Part shown: in pieces, positions 8,615 through 18,334 of the stretch
Layout of the letters: each line of letters opens with the position of its first letter
How positions within the stretch are numbered: the stretch's first letter is position 1
Origin: an uncultured Nitrososphaerota archaeon
Lineage (GTDB): Archaea > Thermoproteota > EX4484-205 > JAAOZP01
Direction of reading: 5' to 3'
Assembly: GCA_964635675.1 (NCBI GenBank)
Contig: CAZWPT010000045.1
Location: forward strand, 79,691 to 143,690
Length of the DNA: 64,000 bases
The notes under the pieces: model-generated
What the model was told of the DNA's origin: nothing
Seen by the model: only the letters and a program-made list of their open reading frames with translations
The model's database searches: none
Made by a program: the position numbers and the translations under genes

Positions 8615-10812
8615 ATGGGGACAGGCTTGGAATGGTGGAGAAAACCCGTTAGAATGATGAGGCTCGACTACTTGGATGCTCTAAGCAGGATGGCTGAATC
8701 AGACATGGATAAGCTGGCCCGGTGGAAAAAGGAGGAGTGGAATATTAACTGCGAATGGGTGATAGGGACCCCGGGGACAGCTCCGGGCCTAGGCTACTTG
8801 ACGACTTTCAACACGCCCAGGTTTGAGAAGTATCCTGCTCTAGGCGACTTCGACCTGGTAAGGGAGTACTTGCCCCGCGCTAGGAAGCACGGCATCAGGG
8901 TCCTAGCGTACCTGAACATGCACTGGTACTCGTACGAGTTTGGACAGAAGCATAGTGATTGGGAGCAGCGTGTCGAGGACGGCAGGAGCTATGGGAGGGT
9001 GCATCCGCTCTACGGCTCCGGGACAACGTTCTGCGTAAACTCGGGGTGGAGGAACTGGGCGTTCGAACTTATAGAGGAGGCTATGAAAACAGGTATTGAC
9101 GGGGTTTTCCTAGATGGACCGGTCGTCTTCCCAGAGTGCTGCTACTGCAAGTCATGCCGGGAAAAGTTTTCAGCAAAGTATGGCGGCGAGGCTCCCAGCT
9201 GGGAAGACTGGTCTAACCCTCTCTGGAGGAAATTCATAGAGTTTAGAGAAGACTCCATGGCGGAGTTTCTCAGGGATGCTCGACGAGCTGTTAAGAAAGT
9301 GAACGAGAAGGGAGTCATATTTCTAAACGGCGGGGCCTGGTGGCCCGGCAGCTGGAGGGTTGCACGCAACATTGAAAAGCTGAGCGAGCATGAGGATTTT
9401 AACGGTGCAGAGGCTTTCTTCCACCCTGGTTCTCAAAACGTGCCTTTAATCTTCTGGGCGCTTGAAGCCAAGCATCTCGCCGCCAAAGGCAAGCCGGCGG
9501 TCGTCTTCAGCCATCACGCGTTGGGCAGCTGGCACTACGTGCCCCTCCCCCGTTTCGAGGCCGAGATCTCGGTTGCGCAAACCGTCTCCTGCGGGGCAAA
9601 CCCCTGGTTCGCCGTCTTCGACTATGCTTTAGACACTAGGCTGGAGGATGCTCTAACCCCTATGAGAAACATTCTAGGCTTTCTGTCAAGAAACGAAGAG
9701 TACTATGTGGACACTGTTTCGAAGGCTGAAGCAGCCCTGCTGCTCTCTTACAAACCTCCACGTTCTACCTTTCTGAACTCAGGGAACTCTACCTTGATCC
9801 GGGGACTGGTGTTGAGAGAGACCTTAAAATAGAGGAGGGCACAGGCCGGAGGACAACAGACCTGAAAGCGAGGAAAGCCGTGTGCGACGAAGTCTACACT
9901 AACTCCATCCTGGGCGCGGCAACCATTTTAAGTCGTAACCATGTTGCGTACGACATAGTTCTAGACAACGCTCTGGTCAACGGTGAGCTGGAGAAGTACT
10001 CTCTACTGGTTCTTCCAAACTCTGCCTGCTTGAGCGATGAACAGGTCCGCGGCATCCAGGGTTTCCTCGGAAAGGGCGGAAGCCTTGTCTGCTCCTTTGA
10101 AACAGGCTGCTACGATGAGTATGGCAACCATAGGCTTGAAAACCCGCTCTGGAGCATTCTCGGCATAGAAGAGTGCGACGGCATGATGCTTCCCAGAGTC
10201 GGGGAGGAATACATGAAGCTCTCTGACTCCGCCGGGGGAATCTTCTCGATCCCCCCTGGCGCGTTGATACCTAGGCCAGTGTACAGTCTCAAAACCCTTC
10301 CGAGAGAAGATGCTGTAGCACCATGCTTCTTCATGAAACCGATAGGTGCCTACTACACTGCTCCCAAGGGTGTTTCAAAATATGCTGCGATCGTTTGCAG
10401 CCGTCACGGCAGGGGTAGAACGGTCTACTTCTCCTCGCTGATTGAAGACTTTTACACCAGGTACAGGATGCCTGACATCTCAAGGGTTTACGCTGACTGC
10501 GCTAGGTTTGCAATAGGCAGGCCGCCGGTTGTGGAGGTTGAAGCTCCGGAGACTGTGCAGTTCGAAGTCAGAGAGCAGAGAAGCACCGGGAGAATACTAG
10601 TCCACCTTGTTAACACCACTGGGGACATGCAGAGGCCGGTTTCAAGCATAACCTGTGTGCACGGCATTAAGGTTAGGACCAGGGGGATCCGGCCTAGGAG
10701 AGTGTTTAAGCTTAGCGATGGAAACATGCTTGCTGGGCGAGAGCTTTCAGACTGTTTCGAATTCACTCTGGATAATCTGATGGTTTACGACGTGATCGTC
10801 TTCGAGTTCTAA
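8615..10812 (+). pseudogene. GH42-family-like glycoside hydrolase (beta-galactosidase or exo-beta-glucosaminidase-like) split by a frameshift into two ORFs, 8615..9832 and 9880..10812
   Basis: The first ORF has TIM-barrel GH features and a Cys cluster (CCYCKSC), the CxCxxC pattern of the GH42 Zn site. The second ORF has the GH42 trimerisation-like domain (AYDIVLDNAL ... YSLLVLPNSACLSDEQ ... GGSLVCSFETG). Frame 1 is open from 9730 and overlaps the frame-2 stop at 9830-9832. The only in-frame start codon for the second part is the GTG at 9880. Confidence 0.55.
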
Positions 10813-11776
10813 ACCCCGAGTGACCAGTATTTCCCCAGTCCTTTTCCTCCTCGCGAACAAGCTTTATCGCCTTCCAGACCAGGCCTTGGCTTTTCCTCAA
10901 AGCCTTCCTAGCCTCCTCCGCCTCAACCCTTGCTAGAGCCATGACTAGAGCAACCTTCAAATCATACCTGCTTCTCCTGTAGATTTCCTCAGCCTCCTCG
11001 CTTGAGATTCCTGCGAAAAAGCGCAGCAGCCTCCTAGCCCGCGACCTAAGCTTCACGCTTAAAGGCTTAATATCTATCATCAGGTTCGTATACACCTTTC
11101 CGATCCTCACCATGGAGACTGTTGAAATCATGTTTAACACCATTTTCTCCGCGGTACCCGCCTTCATCCTTGTCGACCCCGCTATAGCCTCTGGACCCAC
11201 TATGGGCGTTATCACTATGCTAGCGTAGGAGCCGATCTTGGGGTTTGGCACTGTTGCGACAGCTATGGTTTTAGCACCCCTCCGCCTAGCCTCTTTAAGA
11301 GCCCCGATCACGTAGGGCGCCCTGCCTGAGGCGCTCAGCCCTATGACAACATCTCTCTCAGAAACCTTGAGGCGCTTAACATCTTTAACACCAGCCCTCA
11401 TATTGTCCTCAGCCCCTTCAACAGCCTTGAACATGGCTCTCCTCCCGCCAGCTATCAGTGCCTGAACCATGCTGGGGCTTGCGCCGAAGGTAGGTGGGCA
11501 CTCGGCCGCGTCTATAACCCCTATCCTGCCGCTCGTGCCTGCGCCAACATATATTAGTCTACCGCCTTTCTTAAAGGCTTGGGCAACGCTTTCAACAGCC
11601 CTAGCGATCCTCGGTATCTCGAGTTCAACAGCCCTAGCCACCTTCTTATCCTCCCTGTTTATCATCTTCAAAGCCTCAACCACCTGAACCCTGTCTATTC
11701 TAACCGTCCTAGGGTTTCTATGCTCAGTCAACAGTTTTTCAAACTCCGCATCTATTCTCTCCAGTCTTGAAACCAT
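10763..11776 (-). CDS. murQ: N-acetylmuramic acid 6-phosphate etherase-like SIS-domain protein
   Basis: The N-terminus (TEHRNPRTVRID) and the SIS motif (GGRLIYVGAGTSGRIGVIDAAECPPTFG) match the MurQ/GckR family. The gene is divergent from the amino-sugar operon. Confidence 0.75.
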   Translation of the reverse strand: MVSRLERIDAEFEKLLTEHRNPRTVRIDRVQVVEALKMINREDKKVARAVELEIPRIARAVESVAQAFKKGGRLIYVGAGTSGRIGVIDAAECPPTFGASPSMVQALIAGGRRAMFKAVEGAEDNMRAGVKDVKRLKVSERDVVIGLSASGRAPYVIGALKEARRRGAKTIAVATVPNPKIGSYASIVITPIVGPEAIAGSTRMKAGTAEKMVLNMISTVSMVRIGKVYTNLMIDIKPLSVKLRSRARRLLRFFAGISSEEAEEIYRRSRYDLKVALVMALARVEAEEARKALRKSQGLVWKAIKLVREEEKDWGNTGHSGFRTRRRSRRKPSDYPE

Positions 11777-11792
11777 TTTTCTAAGCCGCTAT

Positions 11793-12785
11793 ATGTTAAC
11801 CAGGTGGATGATAAATCTTGGGTTTGAAAAACACTTATATGTCTCCGTTCTAAACAGATTCCTGTTGAACCTGGAGGAAAGGAGTTTTAAAGGCCGGGAT
11901 CTCAGGCCTGTTCTAGAAGTCGTCAACGATGCAATGCCTCTCGACAGGCTTAACGAGGAGTCCTTCAGGTACAGGGTTCTCCTGCAGGAGAATTATGATC
12001 CTGAGCTCTGCATCGTGTCGGAGTCGGAGGGAAGGGTGGTTGGCTTCATCTACTCGGTGACCAGGGGTGAAACCGGCTATATCAACATACTGGCTGTGAA
12101 AAACGGGTTTAGAGGAAGGGGCATCGGGTCAAGAATGCTTGCAACAGTTGAGGAAAAACTCAGGAAGAATGGTTTTAAGAGAATAGTCTTCTCAGGCGGG
12201 CCTAGATACCTTGTTCCCGGGGTTGACGTTAAGGCTTACCCTGGGGCAATAGGCTTCTTCACTAAGAACGGTTACAGTGAATCAAGCAGGGAATCGGTTT
12301 CAATGAGCATGTCGCTCATGGGTTACACAACGCCCGGAGGAGTTTTCGAGCTTGAGAGAAGGCTTGCTGCAGAAGGCTACTCGTTCCAGCAGCTTGACGA
12401 TGAACACGTGTTGGAGCTTCTCCTCTTTCTGAAAGCCAGGTTCCCGTGGTGGTATGAAGACGCTAGAAGAACTATGGAGAAACACCCTAGGTGTCTCGAC
12501 TGGTTTACGCTTGCCCTCCACAATGGGGAGTTAGTCGGCTACTGTCAAATAGGCACCGACGGGCTGATAGAGCATTTCGGCCCTTTTGGGGTTGCTGAGG
12601 AGCATAGGAACAAGGGGGTTGGGACAGTGCTGTTCCACAGGTGTTTGAGGCTAATCCAGTCTCTCGGCGGTAAGAATGCTTGGCTGGCTTGGGGCGGGGG
12701 GAGAAACTACGGTTTCTACGTTAGGAACGGCATGTCTGAGGCCCGGAGGTTCGCGGTTTTCACCAAGAGTCTTGAAAGAGGGTGA
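11793..12785 (+). CDS. tandem-GNAT (two acetyltransferase domains) N-acetyltransferase with an MshD-like architecture
   Basis: Two GNAT cores are present. The first reads GFIYSV ... INILAVKNGFRGRGIGSRML. The second reads GYCQIG ... FGPFGVAEEHRNKGVGTVLF. Confidence 0.75.
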   Translation: MLTRWMINLGFEKHLYVSVLNRFLLNLEERSFKGRDLRPVLEVVNDAMPLDRLNEESFRYRVLLQENYDPELCIVSESEGRVVGFIYSVTRGETGYINILAVKNGFRGRGIGSRMLATVEEKLRKNGFKRIVFSGGPRYLVPGVDVKAYPGAIGFFTKNGYSESSRESVSMSMSLMGYTTPGGVFELERRLAAEGYSFQQLDDEHVLELLLFLKARFPWWYEDARRTMEKHPRCLDWFTLALHNGELVGYCQIGTDGLIEHFGPFGVAEEHRNKGVGTVLFHRCLRLIQSLGGKNAWLAWGGGRNYGFYVRNGMSEARRFAVFTKSLERG

Positions 12786-12791
12786 TCACCG

Positions 12792-13505
12792 TTGGGCATT
12801 AAAATACTCGCGTTCAGCGCCCATACTGGGGATGTTGAAATCACGGCGGGCGGGACAATTCTGCGTAACTTTGAGGAAGGGGGGAGGTGTCTAATACTCC
12901 ACATGTTTAAGCCGTCTGGCAAATGGGCCCGGCCACCGGGGCTCTCCGCGGAGGAGTATGCTGAAATAAGGCTTAAGCAGGCTTTAGAAGCATCCAAGAA
13001 GCTGAATGCTGAAGTCGTCTTCCTAGGGTGTGTCGAGGGCGTCCCCTATGATGCTGAGGAGGTTAAGGTGAAGATGTATAAGGCTATTTTAGAGTTCACG
13101 CCTGACGCGATCCTGATGCACTGGAAGGGAAGCTATCATCCTGATCATCTTGCATGCCACCTTCTCGCCATACAGGCTTTCGAACGCTTCACGGGAGAAC
13201 GGAGGGCGGAGGGGAAACACGGCGAGCCGGTGGAGCTTTACTACCCGGAGAACTGGGAGGACCCGCAGGGCTTCCAGCCGGAGGTTTATGTTGACGTCAG
13301 CAATGTTTTCGAAAAATACTTGGACGTGATTAAGACTTACGATTTTACCTCTGGAAAGTACAGCGGGTTCAACTACGTGGACTACTATTCCTGCTTGAAA
13401 AGAGTCAGGGGACTTGAAGTCGGTTTCAAATACGCGGAAGCCTTCATGACGTTCGGAGACTGGGGTGTTAAGAGGATAAGGAGGAAAAGCCTCCTGGGCG
13501 AGTAG
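12792..13505 (+). CDS. LmbE/PIG-L family N-acetylglucosaminyl deacetylase
   Basis: The N-terminus (ILAFSAHTGDVEITAGGTI) is a variant of the AHPDDE..GGT motif. A later HPDH motif is present. The start codon is TTG. The gene is operon-linked to the GNAT gene and the DUF1343 gene. Confidence 0.8.
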   Translation: MGIKILAFSAHTGDVEITAGGTILRNFEEGGRCLILHMFKPSGKWARPPGLSAEEYAEIRLKQALEASKKLNAEVVFLGCVEGVPYDAEEVKVKMYKAILEFTPDAILMHWKGSYHPDHLACHLLAIQAFERFTGERRAEGKHGEPVELYYPENWEDPQGFQPEVYVDVSNVFEKYLDVIKTYDFTSGKYSGFNYVDYYSCLKRVRGLEVGFKYAEAFMTFGDWGVKRIRRKSLLGE

Positions 13506-13506
13506 T

Positions 13507-14655
13507 TTGGCGAGCAGGGTTAAGCCCGGCCTAGATGTTCTTCTCCAGGGGAAAACACTGCTTGAAAGACTCTCTGGCCTAAGCATTGGGCTGGTTGTAA
13601 ACCACACGTCCGTGACGAGAAGCCTTGAGCCGTCTTACCTACGGCTCTTAGAGAAAGGGATACGGGTGAAAACCCTTTTTACTCCTGAACACGGGCTTTG
13701 GGGAGCCTACGCTGCCGGTGAGCCTGTGGAGTCTGAAAACCCTTCTTTAAACGGGGTTATGGTTCAAAGCCTATACGGCTCTCAGAGGAAGCCGAGTGTT
13801 GAGGCTCTTGAGAATCTAGACCTGCTGGTTTACGATATTCAAGACGTTGGGTGCAGAACCTACACTTACATATCGACTATGCTGAACTGTTTTGAAGAAG
13901 CCTGTAGGAACAGCGTCGGCTTCATGGTTCTTGACAGGCCTAACCCGCTGGGGGGCCTCACCGTTGAGGGGCCGGTTTTGAAGAAGGGCCTGGAATCATT
14001 CGTCGGACCACATTATCTTCCCCTTAGATACGGTATGACTCCTGGTGAACTTTGCCTCCTCTACGCTTACGATAAGGGTTTGAAGCCTCCTCACATGGTT
14101 AGAATGGCCGGGTGGAGCAGAATGATGTACTATCATGAAACAGGCCTCCCCTGGGTATATCCTTCGCCTGCAATACCGACTCCAGTCACCGCGCTGCTTT
14201 ACTCCGGGATGGTTCTGCTTGAAGCAACGAACCTGTCTGAGGGCAGGGGAACGTATAAGCCGTTCGAAGTCTTCGGCGCCCCATGGCTTAAGTCGGCGGA
14301 GCTTGTTTCCACGTTGAAAAGAAGACTGGGTAAGGATTGTCTCGTTATGGAAACAAGGTTTATACCTTCCTCGTCGAAGCATAAGGGGCAGGTTTGCAGA
14401 GGAGCTCACCTGGTGGTTAAAAACCCAAAGGGGGTTAGGCCTTTCAAGGTCGTGGTGCACATTATTCAATCCGTGCTGGAGACTAACCCTGTGGAATTTG
14501 AAGTTGATCATGGAAAGATGGATAGGCTGCTAGGGGACAGTGCGACTAGGAGAAACATCTTAAGCGGGATGAGTGTTGAGGAGATAGTTTTAAAACTGAG
14601 GGACGAGCAAAAAAGGTTTAAAGCCAGAATCAGAAGGATTCTTCTATACGATTGA
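13507..14655 (+). CDS. DUF1343-family protein (NamZ/YbbC-like exo-beta-N-acetylmuramidase family)
   Basis: GLVVNHTSV and LFTPEHGLWG match the conserved N-terminal motifs of DUF1343/NamZ proteins. The gene is tightly packed between the deacetylase and the kinase. Confidence 0.65.
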   Translation: MASRVKPGLDVLLQGKTLLERLSGLSIGLVVNHTSVTRSLEPSYLRLLEKGIRVKTLFTPEHGLWGAYAAGEPVESENPSLNGVMVQSLYGSQRKPSVEALENLDLLVYDIQDVGCRTYTYISTMLNCFEEACRNSVGFMVLDRPNPLGGLTVEGPVLKKGLESFVGPHYLPLRYGMTPGELCLLYAYDKGLKPPHMVRMAGWSRMMYYHETGLPWVYPSPAIPTPVTALLYSGMVLLEATNLSEGRGTYKPFEVFGAPWLKSAELVSTLKRRLGKDCLVMETRFIPSSSKHKGQVCRGAHLVVKNPKGVRPFKVVVHIIQSVLETNPVEFEVDHGKMDRLLGDSATRRNILSGMSVEEIVLKLRDEQKRFKARIRRILLYD

Positions 14656-15620
14656 AACGCATTGTTGTAGCCGGTGTAGACGGGGGTGCTAGCTCAACCA
14701 GATGCCTCGCTGTCGAGACGTGCTCTTGGCGTGTCGCCGCATGTAAATCCGGGCCTTCGAACATTCTTTCAGCAGGCTCGGAGACAACCCTGCTTTCAGT
14801 GAGGAAAGCGTTTAACGGGGCCTTGAGGAAGCTTGAATGCGAAGAAGCTGAAGTCGTTGCACTCTGCCTCTCAGGAGCTTGGACAGCAGGTGGAAGGCTA
14901 GCGAAACTGTTTCGCGGAAGGATTAAAGCTGGTAAAATCCTGATTAAAAGTGATGTTGAAGCTGCTGCAGCAGCCTGCCTAGGGTTTGACAGGCAGGGTA
15001 TTGTAGTCATAGCTGGAACGGGCTCAGTAGTTATAGGTGTTTCAGAAGGATTATTCTTCCGAGCCGGTGGCTGGGGGCATGTCTTTGACGATGAGGGTGG
15101 AGCATACTCCGTTGCAATAGAGGCTTTGAGAGCGGCTTTCCAGTCTTACGATGGGAGAGGGAGGGAGACAAGCCTGGAGGAGGCGGCCCGCCGTTTCTTC
15201 AAAGCCAGGAGCATGGAGGAGCTGGCTGAAAGAGTTCATGAAATGAGGAAGGAGCGTATAGCTCTATTCGCGAAAACAGTTAACGCTGAGGCGGAGAAGG
15301 GGGACTTGGTCGCCAGGAGCATAATTGAGAATGCGGCAGGACCCCTCTCGAGAGGCGTGCTGGCTGTGGCTAGGCGAATGAGGCTGACCCGTGAAGACGG
15401 GTTGAACATTTACTTCTCTGGGGGAATGTTCAATCATCATCGGAACATGCTTGCTAGAAGCATTCGGAAACATCTTTCATCAGAGTACGTGAAGGTTATT
15501 GTTAGGAGGCCTGCGTACCCTCCTGCTGTAGGAGCGTTAATGATAGCTTTTAGAGAAGTTGGCTTAAAACCCCCGGTTGAAGTCTTGAAGAAAGCGAAGA
15601 AGGCTTTAAGAGATGAGTGA
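14652..15620 (+). CDS. BadF/BadG/BcrA/BcrD-type ATPase-family sugar kinase (MurNAc/GlcNAc kinase MurK/NagK-like)
   Basis: The N-terminal phosphate-1 loop is VAGVDGGASSTRC. AGTGS and the ASKHA-fold organisation follow. The start overlaps the preceding gene by 4 nt. Confidence 0.75.
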   Translation: MKRIVVAGVDGGASSTRCLAVETCSWRVAACKSGPSNILSAGSETTLLSVRKAFNGALRKLECEEAEVVALCLSGAWTAGGRLAKLFRGRIKAGKILIKSDVEAAAAACLGFDRQGIVVIAGTGSVVIGVSEGLFFRAGGWGHVFDDEGGAYSVAIEALRAAFQSYDGRGRETSLEEAARRFFKARSMEELAERVHEMRKERIALFAKTVNAEAEKGDLVARSIIENAAGPLSRGVLAVARRMRLTREDGLNIYFSGGMFNHHRNMLARSIRKHLSSEYVKVIVRRPAYPPAVGALMIAFREVGLKPPVEVLKKAKKALRDE

Positions 15621-15714
15621 AAAGGTTTTGAGCCGCATTAAGCGTTGAAGCCGTAAAAAGCCTGTTAAGCTGTTCCATGCTTTCTCCAAATGTTTCTGCT
15701 CAAAAGTTTTTCGG

Positions 15715-15727
15715 AAAAAGTTTATCT
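15715..15727 (+). promoter_or_regulatory. putative BRE/TATA element for the peroxiredoxin gene
   Basis: A purine-rich run (ggaaaaag) followed by tttatc lies about 35-40 nt upstream of the ATG at 15761. This spacing fits a short-leader archaeal promoter. Confidence 0.3.
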
Positions 15728-15760
15728 GCAGAAGGGCAGGATAATCAGGGGTGAGGTAAA

Positions 15761-16453
15761 ATGGAGAAATTAGAGAAGATCGTCGAGATTAGAAAAAAGG
15801 GTATGCCTCTGCTTGGGGATGATTTTCCGGAGATGAAGGTTCAAACGACGCACGGGGTTATGGAGCTCCCGAAGGCTTTCTCCGGAAAATGGTTCGTGTT
15901 GTTCAGCCATCCTGCAGACTTCACTCCAGTCTGCACAACCGAGTTCGTCGCCTTCCAGAAAAGATACGACAGGTTTAAAGCGTTAAACTGCGAGTTAATC
16001 GGTCTCAGCGTTGACCAGGTTTTCTCACACATGAAATGGATTGAGTGGATAAAGGAGAAGCTGGGTGTTGAAATAAAGTTTCCGATAATCGCTGACACTG
16101 GCGAGGTTGCTGAAAGACTGGGTCTCATACATCCGGGGAAAGGAACCAACACGGTTAGAGCAGTATTCGTAGTCGACGATAAGGGGAAGATACGTATAAT
16201 CCTCTACTATCCTCAGGAGCTGGGGAGAAACATGGATGAGATAGTTAGGGTTGTGGAAGCCATGCAGGTCTCCGACAGGAATAGTGTTTCGATGCCGGCA
16301 AACTGGCCGAACAACGAGCTGATCGGCGACCGCGTCATAATTCCGCCGCCTAGGGACGTGGAAACAGCTAGAACCCGTATAGAGAAGGCTAAAGCAGGCG
16401 AGTTAGAATGCTTCGACTGGTGGTTCTGCCATAGGAAGCTTCAGGAAAAGTAA
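15761..16453 (+). CDS. peroxiredoxin (archaeal Prx, thioredoxin peroxidase)
   Basis: The peroxidatic Cys motif [17 protein letters not shown] is present. Length is 230 aa, as in the decameric Prx of Aeropyrum. Confidence 0.9.
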   Translation: MEKLEKIVEIRKKGMPLLGDDFPEMKVQTTHGVMELPKAFSGKWFVLFSHPADFTPVCTTEFVAFQKRYDRFKALNCELIGLSVDQVFSHMKWIEWIKEKLGVEIKFPIIADTGEVAERLGLIHPGKGTNTVRAVFVVDDKGKIRIILYYPQELGRNMDEIVRVVEAMQVSDRNSVSMPANWPNNELIGDRVIIPPPRDVETARTRIEKAKAGELECFDWWFCHRKLQEK

Positions 16454-16457
16454 ACCC

Positions 16458-17147
16458 CTATTTTTTATCCCTCAAAAAGTCTACCTTCCTTTCAAGAGCG
16501 TCAAGTTTACGTTCAATGCTTTCAATCCTCCTCTTACTGTTAATCCTGTTTTTAACAAGCAGTGCTGTAAGCTTAAGTTGGCTGAAGCCCTGCTTATCCC
16601 CAGCCCTGAAAACACTCGCATCGGAAACCATTTTTCCAAGCTCCTCCTCCGAAATGTTCAGCTTCGCAGAGGCTTCTGTAAAACTGTTCGAGCTGGCAAT
16701 AGCCTCAACTATTCTCTCCTCCTCACTGCTAATCTCCTCAACATCGAGCGACAAGTACGTTGTCAACAAATCATTTATAATCTCTTTCGAAACCTCTTTA
16801 AAGTCTTCAAACGTGAAAAGGTAGTACTCTGGGAGGAGAACGTATCTGACGCCCAGCTCGCTGGCAAGGCTGGCGGCTGAAGCGTCGGAAAACCCTCTGC
16901 AGACTAGGAGCGGCTTAACCTTCAAAAGCTTGGAGTTGCTGAAAGCCTGTCTAACATCAGTGACAGAAGCCTTTCCAGACTTAACCTCAACCGCTAAAAC
17001 ATTCCCCTCCTGGTCCCTGGCGACCAAATCTATCTCGGCAACCTTTACTCCACCGACGATCACAGGCTTCCTTTTCTCTAAGACCGTGTAACCAAGCTTC
17101 TCCAGAATGGAGACCGCAACGTCTTCTGCGCCTAATCCTTTTCTCAT
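16458..17147 (-). CDS. Hjc-like PD-(D/E)xK nuclease-fold protein with a C-terminal coiled-coil extension of about 100 aa
   Basis: GAEDVAVSILEKLGYTV ... AEIDLVARDQEGNVLAVEVKSGK has the E ... D ... E-x-K arrangement and spacing of the archaeal Holliday-junction resolvase fold. The C-terminal third is Glu/Lys-rich and helical. Confidence 0.45.
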   Translation of the reverse strand: MRKGLGAEDVAVSILEKLGYTVLEKRKPVIVGGVKVAEIDLVARDQEGNVLAVEVKSGKASVTDVRQAFSNSKLLKVKPLLVCRGFSDASAASLASELGVRYVLLPEYYLFTFEDFKEVSKEIINDLLTTYLSLDVEEISSEEERIVEAIASSNSFTEASAKLNISEEELGKMVSDASVFRAGDKQGFSQLKLTALLVKNRINSKRRIESIERKLDALERKVDFLRDKK

Positions 17148-17266
17148 TAACCGGTTTACGGAGGGTTATCCGGTCTTCTTATTTAAGTGTTTATTTTTCA
17201 AGGGGAAATAATGCTTCTGAAAACTAGGAAGATTCGCTATGCTTCAACCAATGTTTTTCAAAAACT

Positions 17267-18289
17267 TTAAGCGAGAACTTTAAGCTTCTCGTACGGCACC
17301 TCGTTAATAGGCTTCTCTCCTGAAAAGAATCTTTTTAAATCCTCAACGACTGTGCCGAACAACTGTCTAATCCTTTCATCAGACCCGCCCGCTATATGGG
17401 GTGTTAGAAAAACGTTCTCCAAATCGTACAGGGGACTGTTACTCTCTAAAGGCTCCTGTTCAAAAACATCCAGCGCTGCCCCCGCTAACCGTTTCTCCTT
17501 TAAAGCCTTAACGAGAGCATCCTCATCTATAAGCGAGCCTCTGGACGTGTTTATCAAGAATGCCGTAGGCTTCATGAGTCTAAACTCTTTCTCGCCGATC
17601 ATGTGGCGGGTTTCGCGGATTGAAGCCGCGTGCAGACTTATTACGTCTGAACATGCAAGCAGCTCGTTCAAACCAACCTTTCTCGCCCCGAAAGCAGCAA
17701 CCTGGCTCGGCTCAACGTAAGGGTCGTAAACCATTAGGCTGACCTCAAACGGCTTAAGAAGCTTCACCAGTTCTCTAGCCACTGCGCCAAACCCTACTAT
17801 TCCTACCGTCTTCCCGCTCAAATCATAAGTCGTAAAGCATCTCTGATCCCTGTAAACCCAGTTTCTCCCCCTCATTGCTTCAATATATCTCGGTATCCCC
17901 CTTAAACAGTTAAGGATCATGGCTAGGGCATACTCTGCCACGGGTTTAGCTATTGTTGATGCGGCGTTGACAACCACTATCCCTTTCTTAAAAACCTCGT
18001 CCGTCACATAGGGCTTAACGCTTCCAGCAGCGTGACCTATGATTTTAAGCCTGTTAGCTTTGCTCAACACTTTTTCAGTGAACCTCGGGGAACCCCAGCT
18101 TGTAATGCAGCCATCTATATCAACTATTAGCTCGGAAAGCTCGTCCTCATTAAGATTCCTGTTAAATGGGTTAAAGACGCATTCTGCGAAAGACCTAAGC
18201 TTCTCCTCGTCTTCGGTTCTCGAAATCTTGCTGTAGAGCTCCGCGGGTATTGTAATCAGGACTCTCACCCGCTTACCGCTAAGGCTCAT
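17267..18289 (-). CDS. D-isomer-specific 2-hydroxyacid dehydrogenase (glyoxylate/hydroxypyruvate reductase or PGDH-like)
   Basis: The NAD-binding motif GIVGFGAVARELVKL is present. Catalytic R/E/H are in the expected places (TSRGSLIDE ... HIAG). Confidence 0.85.
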   Translation of the reverse strand: MSLSGKRVRVLITIPAELYSKISRTEDEEKLRSFAECVFNPFNRNLNEDELSELIVDIDGCITSWGSPRFTEKVLSKANRLKIIGHAAGSVKPYVTDEVFKKGIVVVNAASTIAKPVAEYALAMILNCLRGIPRYIEAMRGRNWVYRDQRCFTTYDLSGKTVGIVGFGAVARELVKLLKPFEVSLMVYDPYVEPSQVAAFGARKVGLNELLACSDVISLHAASIRETRHMIGEKEFRLMKPTAFLINTSRGSLIDEDALVKALKEKRLAGAALDVFEQEPLESNSPLYDLENVFLTPHIAGGSDERIRQLFGTVVEDLKRFFSGEKPINEVPYEKLKVLA

Positions 18290-18334
18290 GACCCCGTGTT
18301 TTCACCTTAAGCAATATTTAAGTATGATATTGAA

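Noticed and set aside
13089-13607. 172-aa minus-strand ORF
   Set aside because: It is antisense to the LmbE deacetylase gene and the DUF1343 gene, which are strongly supported by motifs and operon spacing.
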